From an uncultured Phycisphaerales bacterium (GTDB taxonomy: Bacteria; Planctomycetota; Phycisphaerae; Sedimentisphaerales; Anaerobacaceae): DNA of 64,000 bases. The stretch is taken from positions 2,496,001-2,560,000 of the forward strand of contig OY970359.1 in the NCBI GenBank assembly GCA_963718665.1. The letters are read 5' to 3'. The notes beneath the pieces are model-generated. The model did not search any database. It had not been told where the DNA came from and saw only the letters and a list, made by a program, of their open reading frames with translations. Positions 1 to 9,126 of the stretch are shown one piece after another (position 1 is the first letter of the stretch; each line of letters opens with the position of its first letter). The translations under genes and the position numbers were made by a program.

Positions 1-1
1 G

Positions 2-808
2 ACAAACAGGCCAGTGTGGGCGCAGGGAATCGACAGGCCGAAAGAAACGCCACCGATTCCAGAGGGATTTGACTGGGACCTCTGGCTTGGGCCTGCTCCG
101 GAGAGACCATATAACCCGGCGTATCATCCTTTTGCGTGGAGGGCGTGGGTGGACTTCGGAGGCGGGGCTTTAGCCGATATGGCGTGTCATATTCTTGACC
201 CGGCATTCTGGGCGTTGAAGCTGAAATACCCGATAAGCGTCGAGGCGTGTACATCGACGAGGATGTCGGGCGAGGGCTGGGGCAAGGTAGGTGTGCGAGA
301 GACGTATCCGCAGGCAAGCATCGTTCGCTATAAATTCCCGGCGCGAGGCAATATGCCTGAAGTGAAAATTAACTGGTATGATGGCGGGCTTATGCCGGCG
401 AGACCGGAAGAGCTTGAGCCGGGCCGGATGATGGGAGATGATGACGGCGGCGTGCTGTTTGTCGGGGACAAGGGCAAATTGATGTGCGGCTGTTACGGTA
501 TGAACCCGCGTTTGATACCGGAAAGCAAAATGGAGGCATACAAGAGGCCGGCGAAGACGCTGCCGAGAATCAAAGACGGCATTGACGGTCACGAGAAGAG
601 CTGGATTGAGGCCTGCAAGGGTGGTATCGCGGCAAGCTCGAATTTCGAGTATTCGGGGCCATTCACGGAAACGGTGGTGATGGGAAATCTGGCGATGATG
701 AACCCATATAAGGTGCTCGAATGGGACGGCGAAAATATGAAGTTTACCAATGACGAGACCGCCAATGCGTTCGTTAATCCGCCTTATCGAGCGGGCTGGA
801 CGATATAA
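2..808 (+). CDS. Gfo/Idh/MocA oxidoreductase (5'-truncated by window edge)
   Basis: Frame open from base 2 (TNRPVWAQG...); WDLWLGPAP, DFGGGALADMACH motifs; close paralog of the next gene. Confidence 0.9.
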   Translation, partial: TNRPVWAQGIDRPKETPPIPEGFDWDLWLGPAPERPYNPAYHPFAWRAWVDFGGGALADMACHILDPAFWALKLKYPISVEACTSTRMSGEGWGKVGVRETYPQASIVRYKFPARGNMPEVKINWYDGGLMPARPEELEPGRMMGDDDGGVLFVGDKGKLMCGCYGMNPRLIPESKMEAYKRPAKTLPRIKDGIDGHEKSWIEACKGGIAASSNFEYSGPFTETVVMGNLAMMNPYKVLEWDGENMKFTNDETANAFVNPPYRAGWTI

Positions 809-828
809 CTACAAACCATTTTATAGCT

Positions 829-880
829 TCTGGATTCCTGCTTCCTTCGACAAGCTCAGGACGGGTTCACGGGAATAACA
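829..880. repeat. REP/dRS3-like palindromic element interrupted by a second short element
   Basis: tctggattcctgct...ttcacgggaataaca matches the reverse complement of 41935-41963 with 3 mismatches once the 23-nt insert tccttcgacaagctcaggacggg (843-865) is removed. Confidence 0.7.
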
Positions 881-916
881 GTTGTGAAAATGGGTTGTTA
901 AACTTGGGATTGGTTT

Positions 917-2248
917 ATGAATAGTAACGGGATTTCACGCAGGAGTTTCGTGAAGGGGACCGTGTCTGCGATAGCGGGCTTTACGATTTTGCCGAGGTTT
1001 GTTCTGGGCGGGGCGGGTTTCAAGCCGCCAAGCGAAAAGCTCAATATCGCCTCGGTGGGTATAGGCGGTCAGGGCAAGGAGAACTTGAAGGCCTGCGAAG
1101 GCGAGAATATCGTTGCGCTTTGCGACGTTGACTGGAATTACGCGGGGCCGGTTTTTCAGGGCCATCCGAACGTGAAAAAATACAAAGATTTTCGCAAGAT
1201 GTTAGACGAGGTGAAGGATATCGACGCGGTGGTGATTGCGACGCCTGACCATACGCACGCGACGATTGCTATGGCGGCAATCAAAATGGGCAAGCACGTA
1301 TATGTGCAGAAGCCGCTGACGTGGTCAATAGAAGAGGCGCGTAAACTGACGGCGGCGGCGCGAGAGGCGAAGGTTGCCACCCAGATGGGCAACCAGGGAC
1401 ATTCGAGCGAAGATATTCGGGTGCTGTGTGAAATGATATGGTCGGGGGCGGTAGGGCAGATTCGCGAGGTGTATGCCTGGACGGACAGGCCATACTGGGC
1501 GCAGGGCATAGTTCGGCCGGCTAATTCGCCGGCGATGCCTGAAGGGCTGGACTGGGACAACTGGCTGGGGCCTGCGCCTGTTCGAGCATATAATCCTGTT
1601 TATCACCCGTTTGCGTGGCGTGGCTGGCAGGATTTCGGGACTGGCGCGCTGGGGGATATGGGCTGTCATATAATGGACCACGCGTATTGGGCGTTGAAGC
1701 TGGACAGACCGACTGCTGTTGAGGCGTGCGTTTCATCGCGTGTGGTTAAGAACTGGGAGAGGATGAAAAATAAGGAGACGTATCCGGATGCGTCGATTGT
1801 CCGTTACGAATTTCCGGCTCGCGGGGATTTGCCTGCGGTGAATCTGACGTGGTATGACGGCGGATTGAAGCCACCTCGACCGGCGGGGCTGGAAAAAGAA
1901 CGTAATCTCGGAGACAACGGCGTTATTTTCATCGGCGACAAGGGAACGATAGTGGAAGGGCGAATTATTCCTGAGTCGCGAATGAAGGATTACCAGCGGC
2001 CGGCCAAGAGCATACCGCGAATAGCCGGCACACATGAGCAGAACTGGATTGACGCCTGCAAGGGCGGGACTGCGGCGTGCTCGAATTTCGAATATGCGGG
2101 GCCTCTGACGGAGACCGTCCTGCTGGGCAATGTCGCAATACGCACGGGTAAGCGGATTGAGTGGGACGGGCCAAATATGAAAATAACCAATATCCCGGAT
2201 GCCAATGAGCTTCTTGGCCGCCAGTACCGCGAGGGCTGGACTTTGTAG
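917..2248 (+). CDS. Tat-signal Gfo/Idh/MocA oxidoreductase
   Basis: SRRSFVK twin-arginine motif; GIGGQG Rossmann motif; ATPDHTH; VYVQKP; GDMGCH. Confidence 0.92.
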   Translation: MNSNGISRRSFVKGTVSAIAGFTILPRFVLGGAGFKPPSEKLNIASVGIGGQGKENLKACEGENIVALCDVDWNYAGPVFQGHPNVKKYKDFRKMLDEVKDIDAVVIATPDHTHATIAMAAIKMGKHVYVQKPLTWSIEEARKLTAAAREAKVATQMGNQGHSSEDIRVLCEMIWSGAVGQIREVYAWTDRPYWAQGIVRPANSPAMPEGLDWDNWLGPAPVRAYNPVYHPFAWRGWQDFGTGALGDMGCHIMDHAYWALKLDRPTAVEACVSSRVVKNWERMKNKETYPDASIVRYEFPARGDLPAVNLTWYDGGLKPPRPAGLEKERNLGDNGVIFIGDKGTIVEGRIIPESRMKDYQRPAKSIPRIAGTHEQNWIDACKGGTAACSNFEYAGPLTETVLLGNVAIRTGKRIEWDGPNMKITNIPDANELLGRQYREGWTL

Positions 2249-2336
2249 TTGCCATGCGGGCGGAAATTAGGTATTATTTAATCGCGTTGTGGGGCGGGGT
2301 GGAAGTGCGTTTGGTTAGGTTTTGAAAAGGGCTAAA

Positions 2337-3689
2337 ATGAACGAAAATAGGACATCAACGGGGCTTAACAGGCGGGAATTCATTCGTTCGACGGCAGCGG
2401 TCGGGGCGGGGCTGATTTTTTCGCCGATGGTTCTTGGGGAAACAGGAGCCGTCGCCAAATCGGACGATATAAACGTGGCAATAATAGGAGTGGGCGACGA
2501 GGGCAGGGTGCTGCTTGAGTCGGCGGTGAAAATACCGGGCCTGAGGTTCAAAGCACTGTGCGATATCTGGACGAGTTTCAATCAGCAAAACGCGTCGAGA
2601 TTCCTGAAGGCATACAAGCAGGAGCATAACGTATATGTTGACTATCAGGAGATGCTTGCCAAGGAAAAGGATTTGCAGGCGGTCATAATCGCGACGCCTG
2701 ATTTCTGGCATTCAGAGCAGACAGTGGCGTGCCTGAAAGCCGGATTGCATGTTTATTGCGAGAAGGAGATGTCGAACACGCTGGATGGCGCCCGCAAGAT
2801 GGTTGTGGCGGCGAAAGAGACGGGCAAACTGCTTCAGATAGGGCATCAGCGGCGAAGTAATCCGCGATATCTTCACTGTTATAATAAGCTCCTGAAAGAG
2901 GCGGGCATCCTCGGTCGTATTACGACGGTCAACGGGCAGTGGAATCGCTCGGTTCAGCCGATACAAGGTTTCCCGAAAGGCAAGGAAATTGATGAGGCGA
3001 CGCTGAACAAATACGGTTTCAAATCGATGGAGCAATTCCGCAACTGGCGATGGTATAAGGGACTTGGCGGCGGGCCGATAGTTGACCTCGGCTCGCACCA
3101 GATTGATGTATACAACTGGTTCCTCGAAACGGCTCCTAAGGTTGTTATTGCCAGCGGAGGGACAGATTACTACAACAAGAAAGACCACGAGTGGTATGAC
3201 AATGTAATGGCGGTTTATACCTACGAAACGAAGAAGGGGGTTGTCAGGGCATTTTACCAGACAATCACTACCAACTGTTATCAGGGTTACTACGAGGTGT
3301 TTATGGGCGACCAGGGTTCGCTGCTTATTTCAGAAGCGGGCAGCAGGGGCGAGGCGTATCGTGAGCCGACGGCCCCGCAGTGGGACCAGTGGGTCAAGAA
3401 CGGTTTCCTGCTTGCGCCTCCTGAAAAGAAGGAAGAAAAATCGGACTCAGGCGCACTTGTGGATGTTCGTGAGTCGCCGATTCCGGATATGTATAAAATC
3501 GGCGTAGAATTCAAGGACTTGTATCACAAGCCGCATTTGGAGAATTTCTTTAACGCGGTCCGCGGCAAAGGGAAACTAAACTGCCCGGCCGAGGTTGGAT
3601 ACGAGACCGCGGCGACGGTTCTGAAGGTTAATGATGCGGTTGAGGCGGGCTGCAAACTGGAATTCAAGCCGGAAGAATTTAAGGTTTAA
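2337..3689 (+). CDS. Tat-signal Gfo/Idh/MocA oxidoreductase
   Basis: NRREFI twin-arginine motif; GVGDEG; ATPDFWH; VYCEK; GHQRRS; DLGSHQID. Confidence 0.9.
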   Translation: MNENRTSTGLNRREFIRSTAAVGAGLIFSPMVLGETGAVAKSDDINVAIIGVGDEGRVLLESAVKIPGLRFKALCDIWTSFNQQNASRFLKAYKQEHNVYVDYQEMLAKEKDLQAVIIATPDFWHSEQTVACLKAGLHVYCEKEMSNTLDGARKMVVAAKETGKLLQIGHQRRSNPRYLHCYNKLLKEAGILGRITTVNGQWNRSVQPIQGFPKGKEIDEATLNKYGFKSMEQFRNWRWYKGLGGGPIVDLGSHQIDVYNWFLETAPKVVIASGGTDYYNKKDHEWYDNVMAVYTYETKKGVVRAFYQTITTNCYQGYYEVFMGDQGSLLISEAGSRGEAYREPTAPQWDQWVKNGFLLAPPEKKEEKSDSGALVDVRESPIPDMYKIGVEFKDLYHKPHLENFFNAVRGKGKLNCPAEVGYETAATVLKVNDAVEAGCKLEFKPEEFKV

Positions 3690-3712
3690 CGGTTCAAAGG
3701 ACTGATTGAACA

Positions 3713-5617
3713 TTGAGAAACGGATTGATTGCCAAGGCATTGCTTTTAGTAATCGTACTGGCGACAGGGATCGCTGTCGGTGCGGAGGCGAAACTTGGCG
3801 ACACTCCCGACGGCAGCAGAAGTAATTTCGTTCATTTAATACCGCTGCTTGCCGAACCGGTGGTGGGCAAAGAGCCGGACCAGATTCACCCCGATTCAGA
3901 CCCTGTGCTGCCGTTTTCAACGAAACAGACATGCGGGGCGTGCCATAGTTACGACAAAATCAGCACCGGCTGGCATTTCAACGCGATTGACCCGAATGTT
4001 AACCCGGGCCGCAAAGGGCAGCCGTGGATATTCGCGGACCCGACAAGCGCGACTCAGATACCACTGTCATACCGTAAATGGCCGGGGACATTCAGGCCTG
4101 AGCAGATAGGGCTGACGCCGATGGCGTTTTTGCAGTCATTCGGCAGGCAGATGCCGGGGGGCGGTATCGGTGAAATGGTCGATAAAAGCGATAATCCCGA
4201 AGAGGCCTTGCGTTCGGATGTTACCGGCAAGCTGGAGATAAACTGCCTTGCCTGCCACGACGGCAACCCCGGGCAGGATATGGGCGGGGCGAGCGGTTAC
4301 GCGATACAGGTAATTCTTCGCGGCAATTACCGCTGGGCGGCGACGTCGTCCTGCGAGTTCGCTTATGTAACTGGCTCGGTAAAGGGATTGCCCAACGAAT
4401 ATGATTTCAGAGCTCCTTTCACGTCCGGCGATTCAAAATTAAAGCCGCCCGTTGTGGCGTATCGCAAAGAGGCGTTTGGCCACAATGACTGGGCGGGTTT
4501 TGATATTCGCAGAGAGCCACCGAAGCAGCGATGTTATTTTTGTCATTCGAATGTTGATGTCCGCGACGGCAAAACGGAGAAGTGGTTTACGGATGAGGAC
4601 GTCCATGTTGCCTCGGGATTGATTTGCGTGGATTGCCATCGCAATGGTCTTGAACATAATATCATCCGAGGGTACGCGGTCGAATCGCGGGACAGCAATA
4701 ATCCTTTAACAACGATTTCATCGTGCGAGGGTTGTCACATCGGCAAGAACGGTGAGAAACCCGTTGCCGGACGATTTGCCGCGCCGACGCCGAAGCACGC
4801 GGGTATTCCGCCTTCACATTTTGACAAGTTGAGCTGCACGGCATGTCATTCAGGCCCGTGGCCCACGAATGAGACGATACGGACAAAGACCGCGAGGGCG
4901 AATGCGCTGGGTATCGCAGGCGCGAGCAAGGAAGGCGAAATCCTGCCTCATCTGCTGTACCCGGTTTTCGCGAAGGGACAGGACGGCAAAATCGGAGTAT
5001 TCAAACTTTTCTGGCCCGCTTACTGGGCGACGATGAGCGACGGCAATGTAACGCCTTTAGCGATGGAAACCGTCAAGTCGGCCACTTCAAGGGTAATCAC
5101 GAAGGCGGCATTTTCAAAGACGGGCAGTTGGCCTGAATTGAAAGACGAAGACGTTATTAAAATTCTGACGGCCCTTGGCGAAAAAGTTGAGGCGGGCGCC
5201 AAGCCGGTTTATGTCACGGGAGGCAAACTGTATTCGCTGGATGCGGGCGGAAAACTTGTGTCGGCGGACAGTAAAATGGCGAAACCGTATATGTGGCCGA
5301 TAGCGCACGACGTCAGGCCCGCGGCCCAGGCGCTGGGAGTTCGCAACTGCCAGGATTGTCATACGACAAATTCGCCGTTTTTATTCGGGCTTGTTTCGGT
5401 TGATTCGCCTTTGAAAAATCTTACCGGCAGGGAAATGGTTGCTTTTGAAAACCTGCCGCGGTGTTATACCAGGGCGTTCGCGTTCTCATTTGTGTTCAGG
5501 CCGTGGCTGAAGGTCGTGGCGATTCTGTCATCGCTGGTTATTATGGGCGTGCTGGTCCTGTATGCGTTGAAGGCACTTGGTTTTGTGGCTAAGGTCGTTG
5601 TTGGAGACGAGAAGTGA
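3713..5617 (+). CDS. Membrane-anchored multiheme cytochrome c (7 CxxCH)
   Basis: N-terminal signal peptide; CGACH, CLACH, CYFCH, CVDCH, CEGCH, CTACH, CQDCH; C-terminal TM helix. Confidence 0.88.
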   Translation: MRNGLIAKALLLVIVLATGIAVGAEAKLGDTPDGSRSNFVHLIPLLAEPVVGKEPDQIHPDSDPVLPFSTKQTCGACHSYDKISTGWHFNAIDPNVNPGRKGQPWIFADPTSATQIPLSYRKWPGTFRPEQIGLTPMAFLQSFGRQMPGGGIGEMVDKSDNPEEALRSDVTGKLEINCLACHDGNPGQDMGGASGYAIQVILRGNYRWAATSSCEFAYVTGSVKGLPNEYDFRAPFTSGDSKLKPPVVAYRKEAFGHNDWAGFDIRREPPKQRCYFCHSNVDVRDGKTEKWFTDEDVHVASGLICVDCHRNGLEHNIIRGYAVESRDSNNPLTTISSCEGCHIGKNGEKPVAGRFAAPTPKHAGIPPSHFDKLSCTACHSGPWPTNETIRTKTARANALGIAGASKEGEILPHLLYPVFAKGQDGKIGVFKLFWPAYWATMSDGNVTPLAMETVKSATSRVITKAAFSKTGSWPELKDEDVIKILTALGEKVEAGAKPVYVTGGKLYSLDAGGKLVSADSKMAKPYMWPIAHDVRPAAQALGVRNCQDCHTTNSPFLFGLVSVDSPLKNLTGREMVAFENLPRCYTRAFAFSFVFRPWLKVVAILSSLVIMGVLVLYALKALGFVAKVVVGDEK

Positions 5618-6312
5618 GCTGGTTGATGGACGTCAGTATGTTTCGCACGGTGGCTGAGGCCGGGTTCGCGGCAGTGGTCGCAGCGATACTGCTGCACTTT
5701 ATCGCATCAAAGCCGAAGTTCGATGACGTCTTCGGCAAAGACAGGGGACTGCGCATACTTGACCCGCTGCGGCTGGTGGTTTTCGTTAAGACGCTCTTCT
5801 TCATCGAGCAGAAATGGAGTTTGGTCGGCGTGCTGAGAAAATTAGTGTTCCTGCTTGCGATTTTATGTTTTGTTGTGCTGGTGATTACGGGTTTTACGCC
5901 GATGATTTTCCTGGGTAAGTCAATAACGGGCTGGTGGCTGATGATTCATGCGACGACTGCGCCGGTTTTCGCGGCTTGTATGGCGATACTCGCTATCCTG
6001 TGGGCGGACAGGAATCGATTAGACAAAAACTACTGGCCTTTGCTTAACAGGATTGTTGGCCGCAATCCGAAAAGCACAGCTGCTCCCGAAAAGCACGAGC
6101 TTAAGCTGCGGATATGCTTCTGGGTGATTTTGACGATGTCGCTGCCGGTGATTCTTAGCGCGGTAGTGAGTATGTTCCCGATTTTCGGTACGCATGGTCA
6201 GGAAGTGCTGCTGCAAATTCATCGTTACAGCACGTTGCTCTTGTCATTATTTGCGATTATATATCTGTATCTTGCGGCGATGACCGAGATGAACAGGACC
6301 GCTGCGAAGTGA
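5614..6312 (+). CDS. Cytochrome b-like (FdnI/formate dehydrogenase gamma-type) membrane protein
   Basis: About 5 hydrophobic segments, LVITGF motif, intramembrane His (MIHA, QIHR); GTGA overlap with the cytochrome c stop. Confidence 0.65.
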   Translation: MSWLMDVSMFRTVAEAGFAAVVAAILLHFIASKPKFDDVFGKDRGLRILDPLRLVVFVKTLFFIEQKWSLVGVLRKLVFLLAILCFVVLVITGFTPMIFLGKSITGWWLMIHATTAPVFAACMAILAILWADRNRLDKNYWPLLNRIVGRNPKSTAAPEKHELKLRICFWVILTMSLPVILSAVVSMFPIFGTHGQEVLLQIHRYSTLLLSLFAIIYLYLAAMTEMNRTAAK

Positions 6313-6391
6313 TTCATTGGCTGGCGCGAATGTCCCCGGCTATGTTTGGCCGGGTTATGCAAATATGAATTTATAGTTAGGAGAACAGATT

Positions 6392-7723
6392 ATGAGTAAC
6401 GGAATGCTGCCAAGTTACCTTGGTATGGCAAAGCCAAACCCTGCCGACAAGCGAGCGCCGTGGTTTAAGGGCACAGCGCCTGTTTACGCGGGCATCTTCC
6501 TGTGGGTCGTCTTTTATATGAAGATAGCCGACGGGACGCTGTCGAAAGCTGGTCTGGGCTTAAGCTTACTCGGGCTGGTTGTTGGCGCCCTGATATGTTA
6601 TTTCCTGTTTTACCTTGTTCCCGGTCTTTTGGGTATGAAGACGGGTTACCCGCTTTACGTTGTCGGCTCATCGACGTATGGCACAGTGGGCGGTTTTTTA
6701 ATGCCCGGGTTGCTGATGGGACTTTTGCAGTTCGGCTGGCTTGCGGTCAATTCAGCCGTATCGACAAGTTTTATCCTCCAGGCATTGGGATACGATGCTT
6801 CGCCTGGAACGACTCCGTTTATCATCGTGTCAATAATCTGGACGGTCCTGGCTGTGTTTGTCGCGCTTAAGGGGATTCAGTATGTCGGCAAGGTCTCGAC
6901 ATTCCTGCCGATTGTTCCGTTGGTTATGATTCTGCTTGTGTTTTTTACCAACGTCGGCTCGGCGGGGAATTTTAAGCCAACACCCGGCGCAGACGCGTCT
7001 GAGGGATTTCTGACGATTATAACCATTGTTGTGGGCTTCTTTGCAACAGCGGGGGCGGCGGGCGTCGATTTCGGGATGGGGAATCGCAACGCGAAAGACG
7101 TTCAATTAGGCGGTGTTGTGGGCATAATGCTGGCGATAATAGTGGCGGGTGGTTTGCCTTTAATAGCCGTAGCAGGCGCCCACGCGGCCAATCCGGCGAT
7201 GACGAGTTTTTCCTTTGACAGCGTTATCAGCGCACAGGGAGGGGCTTTGGCAAAGTCGATGTTCGTACTGTTTGCGATAGCGAGTTTTGCTCCCGCGTGT
7301 TTCAGTACATTTATAGCAGCCAACAGTATCGGCACGATGTTCCCGAAGGCCAATAAGGTCGTTATGGTTTCGATTGGCGGAGTTATTGCGATTATTCTCG
7401 CGGCGACGGGCAAGGCACTGAATCTTGTCGGGGTTTTCAGCATTATCGGCGCGTCATTCGGACCGATTTGCGGCGCGATGGTAGCGGATTATTTCCTGAG
7501 CGGCAAGAAGTGGGCGGGGCCTCGCAAGGGAATCAACATGGCTGGATATATCTCCTGGGCGATTGGATTTGTCGTTGCGATACTGCCGACGATTAACGCC
7601 GAAAAGTTCGGTTTTATCAGTCCGGCCCCGGTGATTGCGTTCTTTATCGGCCTTGTTGTTTACGCGGTTTTAGCCAAGGCGGGTTTACAGCCGGCAGTTG
7701 TTGAGATGACGCAGAACAAGTAG
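6392..7723 (+). CDS. NCS1/cytosine-permease-like transporter
   Basis: About 12 TM helices; GLLGMKTGYPL and QFGWLAVN motifs typical of NCS1/APC fold; RBS aggag. Confidence 0.75.
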   Translation: MSNGMLPSYLGMAKPNPADKRAPWFKGTAPVYAGIFLWVVFYMKIADGTLSKAGLGLSLLGLVVGALICYFLFYLVPGLLGMKTGYPLYVVGSSTYGTVGGFLMPGLLMGLLQFGWLAVNSAVSTSFILQALGYDASPGTTPFIIVSIIWTVLAVFVALKGIQYVGKVSTFLPIVPLVMILLVFFTNVGSAGNFKPTPGADASEGFLTIITIVVGFFATAGAAGVDFGMGNRNAKDVQLGGVVGIMLAIIVAGGLPLIAVAGAHAANPAMTSFSFDSVISAQGGALAKSMFVLFAIASFAPACFSTFIAANSIGTMFPKANKVVMVSIGGVIAIILAATGKALNLVGVFSIIGASFGPICGAMVADYFLSGKKWAGPRKGINMAGYISWAIGFVVAILPTINAEKFGFISPAPVIAFFIGLVVYAVLAKAGLQPAVVEMTQNK

Positions 7724-7754
7724 CTGTCCGCGATTGTTCTTATGAACTGATTAT

Positions 7755-7796
7755 ACGGCAGGGGCCTTGGACTTAGGGTCTCTGCCGTTTTATTTT
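7755..7796 (+). terminator. Rho-independent terminator
   Basis: acggcaggggccttg-gact-tagggtctctgccgt stem followed by tttattttt-like U tract. Confidence 0.7.
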
Positions 7797-7807
7797 AACG
7801 CTAAAAA

Positions 7808-9097
7808 ATGACTGAAAAATATTACAGATTATCAAGACGGGTTTTTTTGCGGAAAGGATTTGTCGCAGGCGTGGTGTGCGCGTTGCCTGTTATCGTTCCA
7901 TCTTCGGTATTTGGCGAAAACGTGCCGAGCAACAGGATTACAATCGGGATAATCGGCACTGGCAGCCAGGGTATATTGAACCTTAAGGCGTTTTTGCGTA
8001 AGCCGTCTGCACAGGTAACAGCCGTTTGTGATGTTGATTATGCACATCGTGAAGAGGCGAGAAAAATAGGCAAATTGTCCGCAGATTCGTCATATAATGA
8101 TTTTCGCGAATTGCTTGCTCGACAGGACGTTGACGCGGTAGTGGTTTGCACGCCTGACCAGTGGCATGTGCCCATATCAATCGCCGCGGCAAAGGCGGGC
8201 AAAGACATATATTGCGAAAAGCCGCTCGCTTACAACGTTGCCGAAGGCAGGATGTTGTGCGATATCGTAAAACGATACGAGCGTGTTTTACAAACGGGGA
8301 GCCATCAGCGGTCGGATAATAATTTCAGGCAGGCCTGCGAGCTTGTTCGCAACGGCAGAATCGGGAAGCTGCAAACAATCAAAGTCGAAATCCCGGAAAA
8401 CAGCAGGCCCAATCCGCTTACATGGAAAGTTGAGCCGCCGCCGGCGGGTTTGGATTATGACCTGTGGCTGGGGCCCGCACAATACAGGCCTTATATCCAG
8501 CAGGGATGTCATTACAACTGGCATTTTATTTATGATTTCGGATGGGGACAATTGACAAACTGGGGAGCGCACGCGATCGATATCGCTCAGTGGGGTAACG
8601 GCACAGATTTGACCGGCCCTGTGGAGGTCAGCGGGACAGGCGAGTTTCCTAAAGAAGGACTGTTTGAAACGCCGTTGCGTTATGACATAGAATACAAATA
8701 CGCCAATGGGGTTCGCCTGTTATGCACAACGGGCAAAGCAGGAATCCAGGAATCACCTGTCCGCTTTGAGGGGACCGAGGGTTGGATATTTGTAAGCCGG
8801 GAGAGTTTTTTCTCGCAGCCGGCGTCGATTGTTCAGTCAACAACAGGACCGGATGAAGTTCATCTTTATCGCAGCAAAGACCATCATCAGAATTTTCTTG
8901 ATTGTGTTCGGCTGCGGACAAAGCCGGCTGCGGACGTCGAAACAGGACATCGTTCAGCCACGGTTTGTCACTTAGGCGGTATCGCAGTTCGGCTCGGCAG
9001 GAAACTGCGGTGGGACCCGGCAGGAGAACACTTTATAAATGACGCTGAAGCGGATAAAATGCTGGCCCGGCCGATGAGGTCGCCGTGGTGTTTGTGA
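7808..9097 (+). CDS. Tat-signal Gfo/Idh/MocA oxidoreductase
   Basis: SRRVFLR; GTGSQG; CTPDQWH; YCEKP; GSHQRS; YDLWLGPA. Confidence 0.92.
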   Translation: MTEKYYRLSRRVFLRKGFVAGVVCALPVIVPSSVFGENVPSNRITIGIIGTGSQGILNLKAFLRKPSAQVTAVCDVDYAHREEARKIGKLSADSSYNDFRELLARQDVDAVVVCTPDQWHVPISIAAAKAGKDIYCEKPLAYNVAEGRMLCDIVKRYERVLQTGSHQRSDNNFRQACELVRNGRIGKLQTIKVEIPENSRPNPLTWKVEPPPAGLDYDLWLGPAQYRPYIQQGCHYNWHFIYDFGWGQLTNWGAHAIDIAQWGNGTDLTGPVEVSGTGEFPKEGLFETPLRYDIEYKYANGVRLLCTTGKAGIQESPVRFEGTEGWIFVSRESFFSQPASIVQSTTGPDEVHLYRSKDHHQNFLDCVRLRTKPAADVETGHRSATVCHLGGIAVRLGRKLRWDPAGEHFINDAEADKMLARPMRSPWCL

Positions 9098-9126
9098 AAT
9101 AATAATAGTTGTGAAGGAGTGAATTG

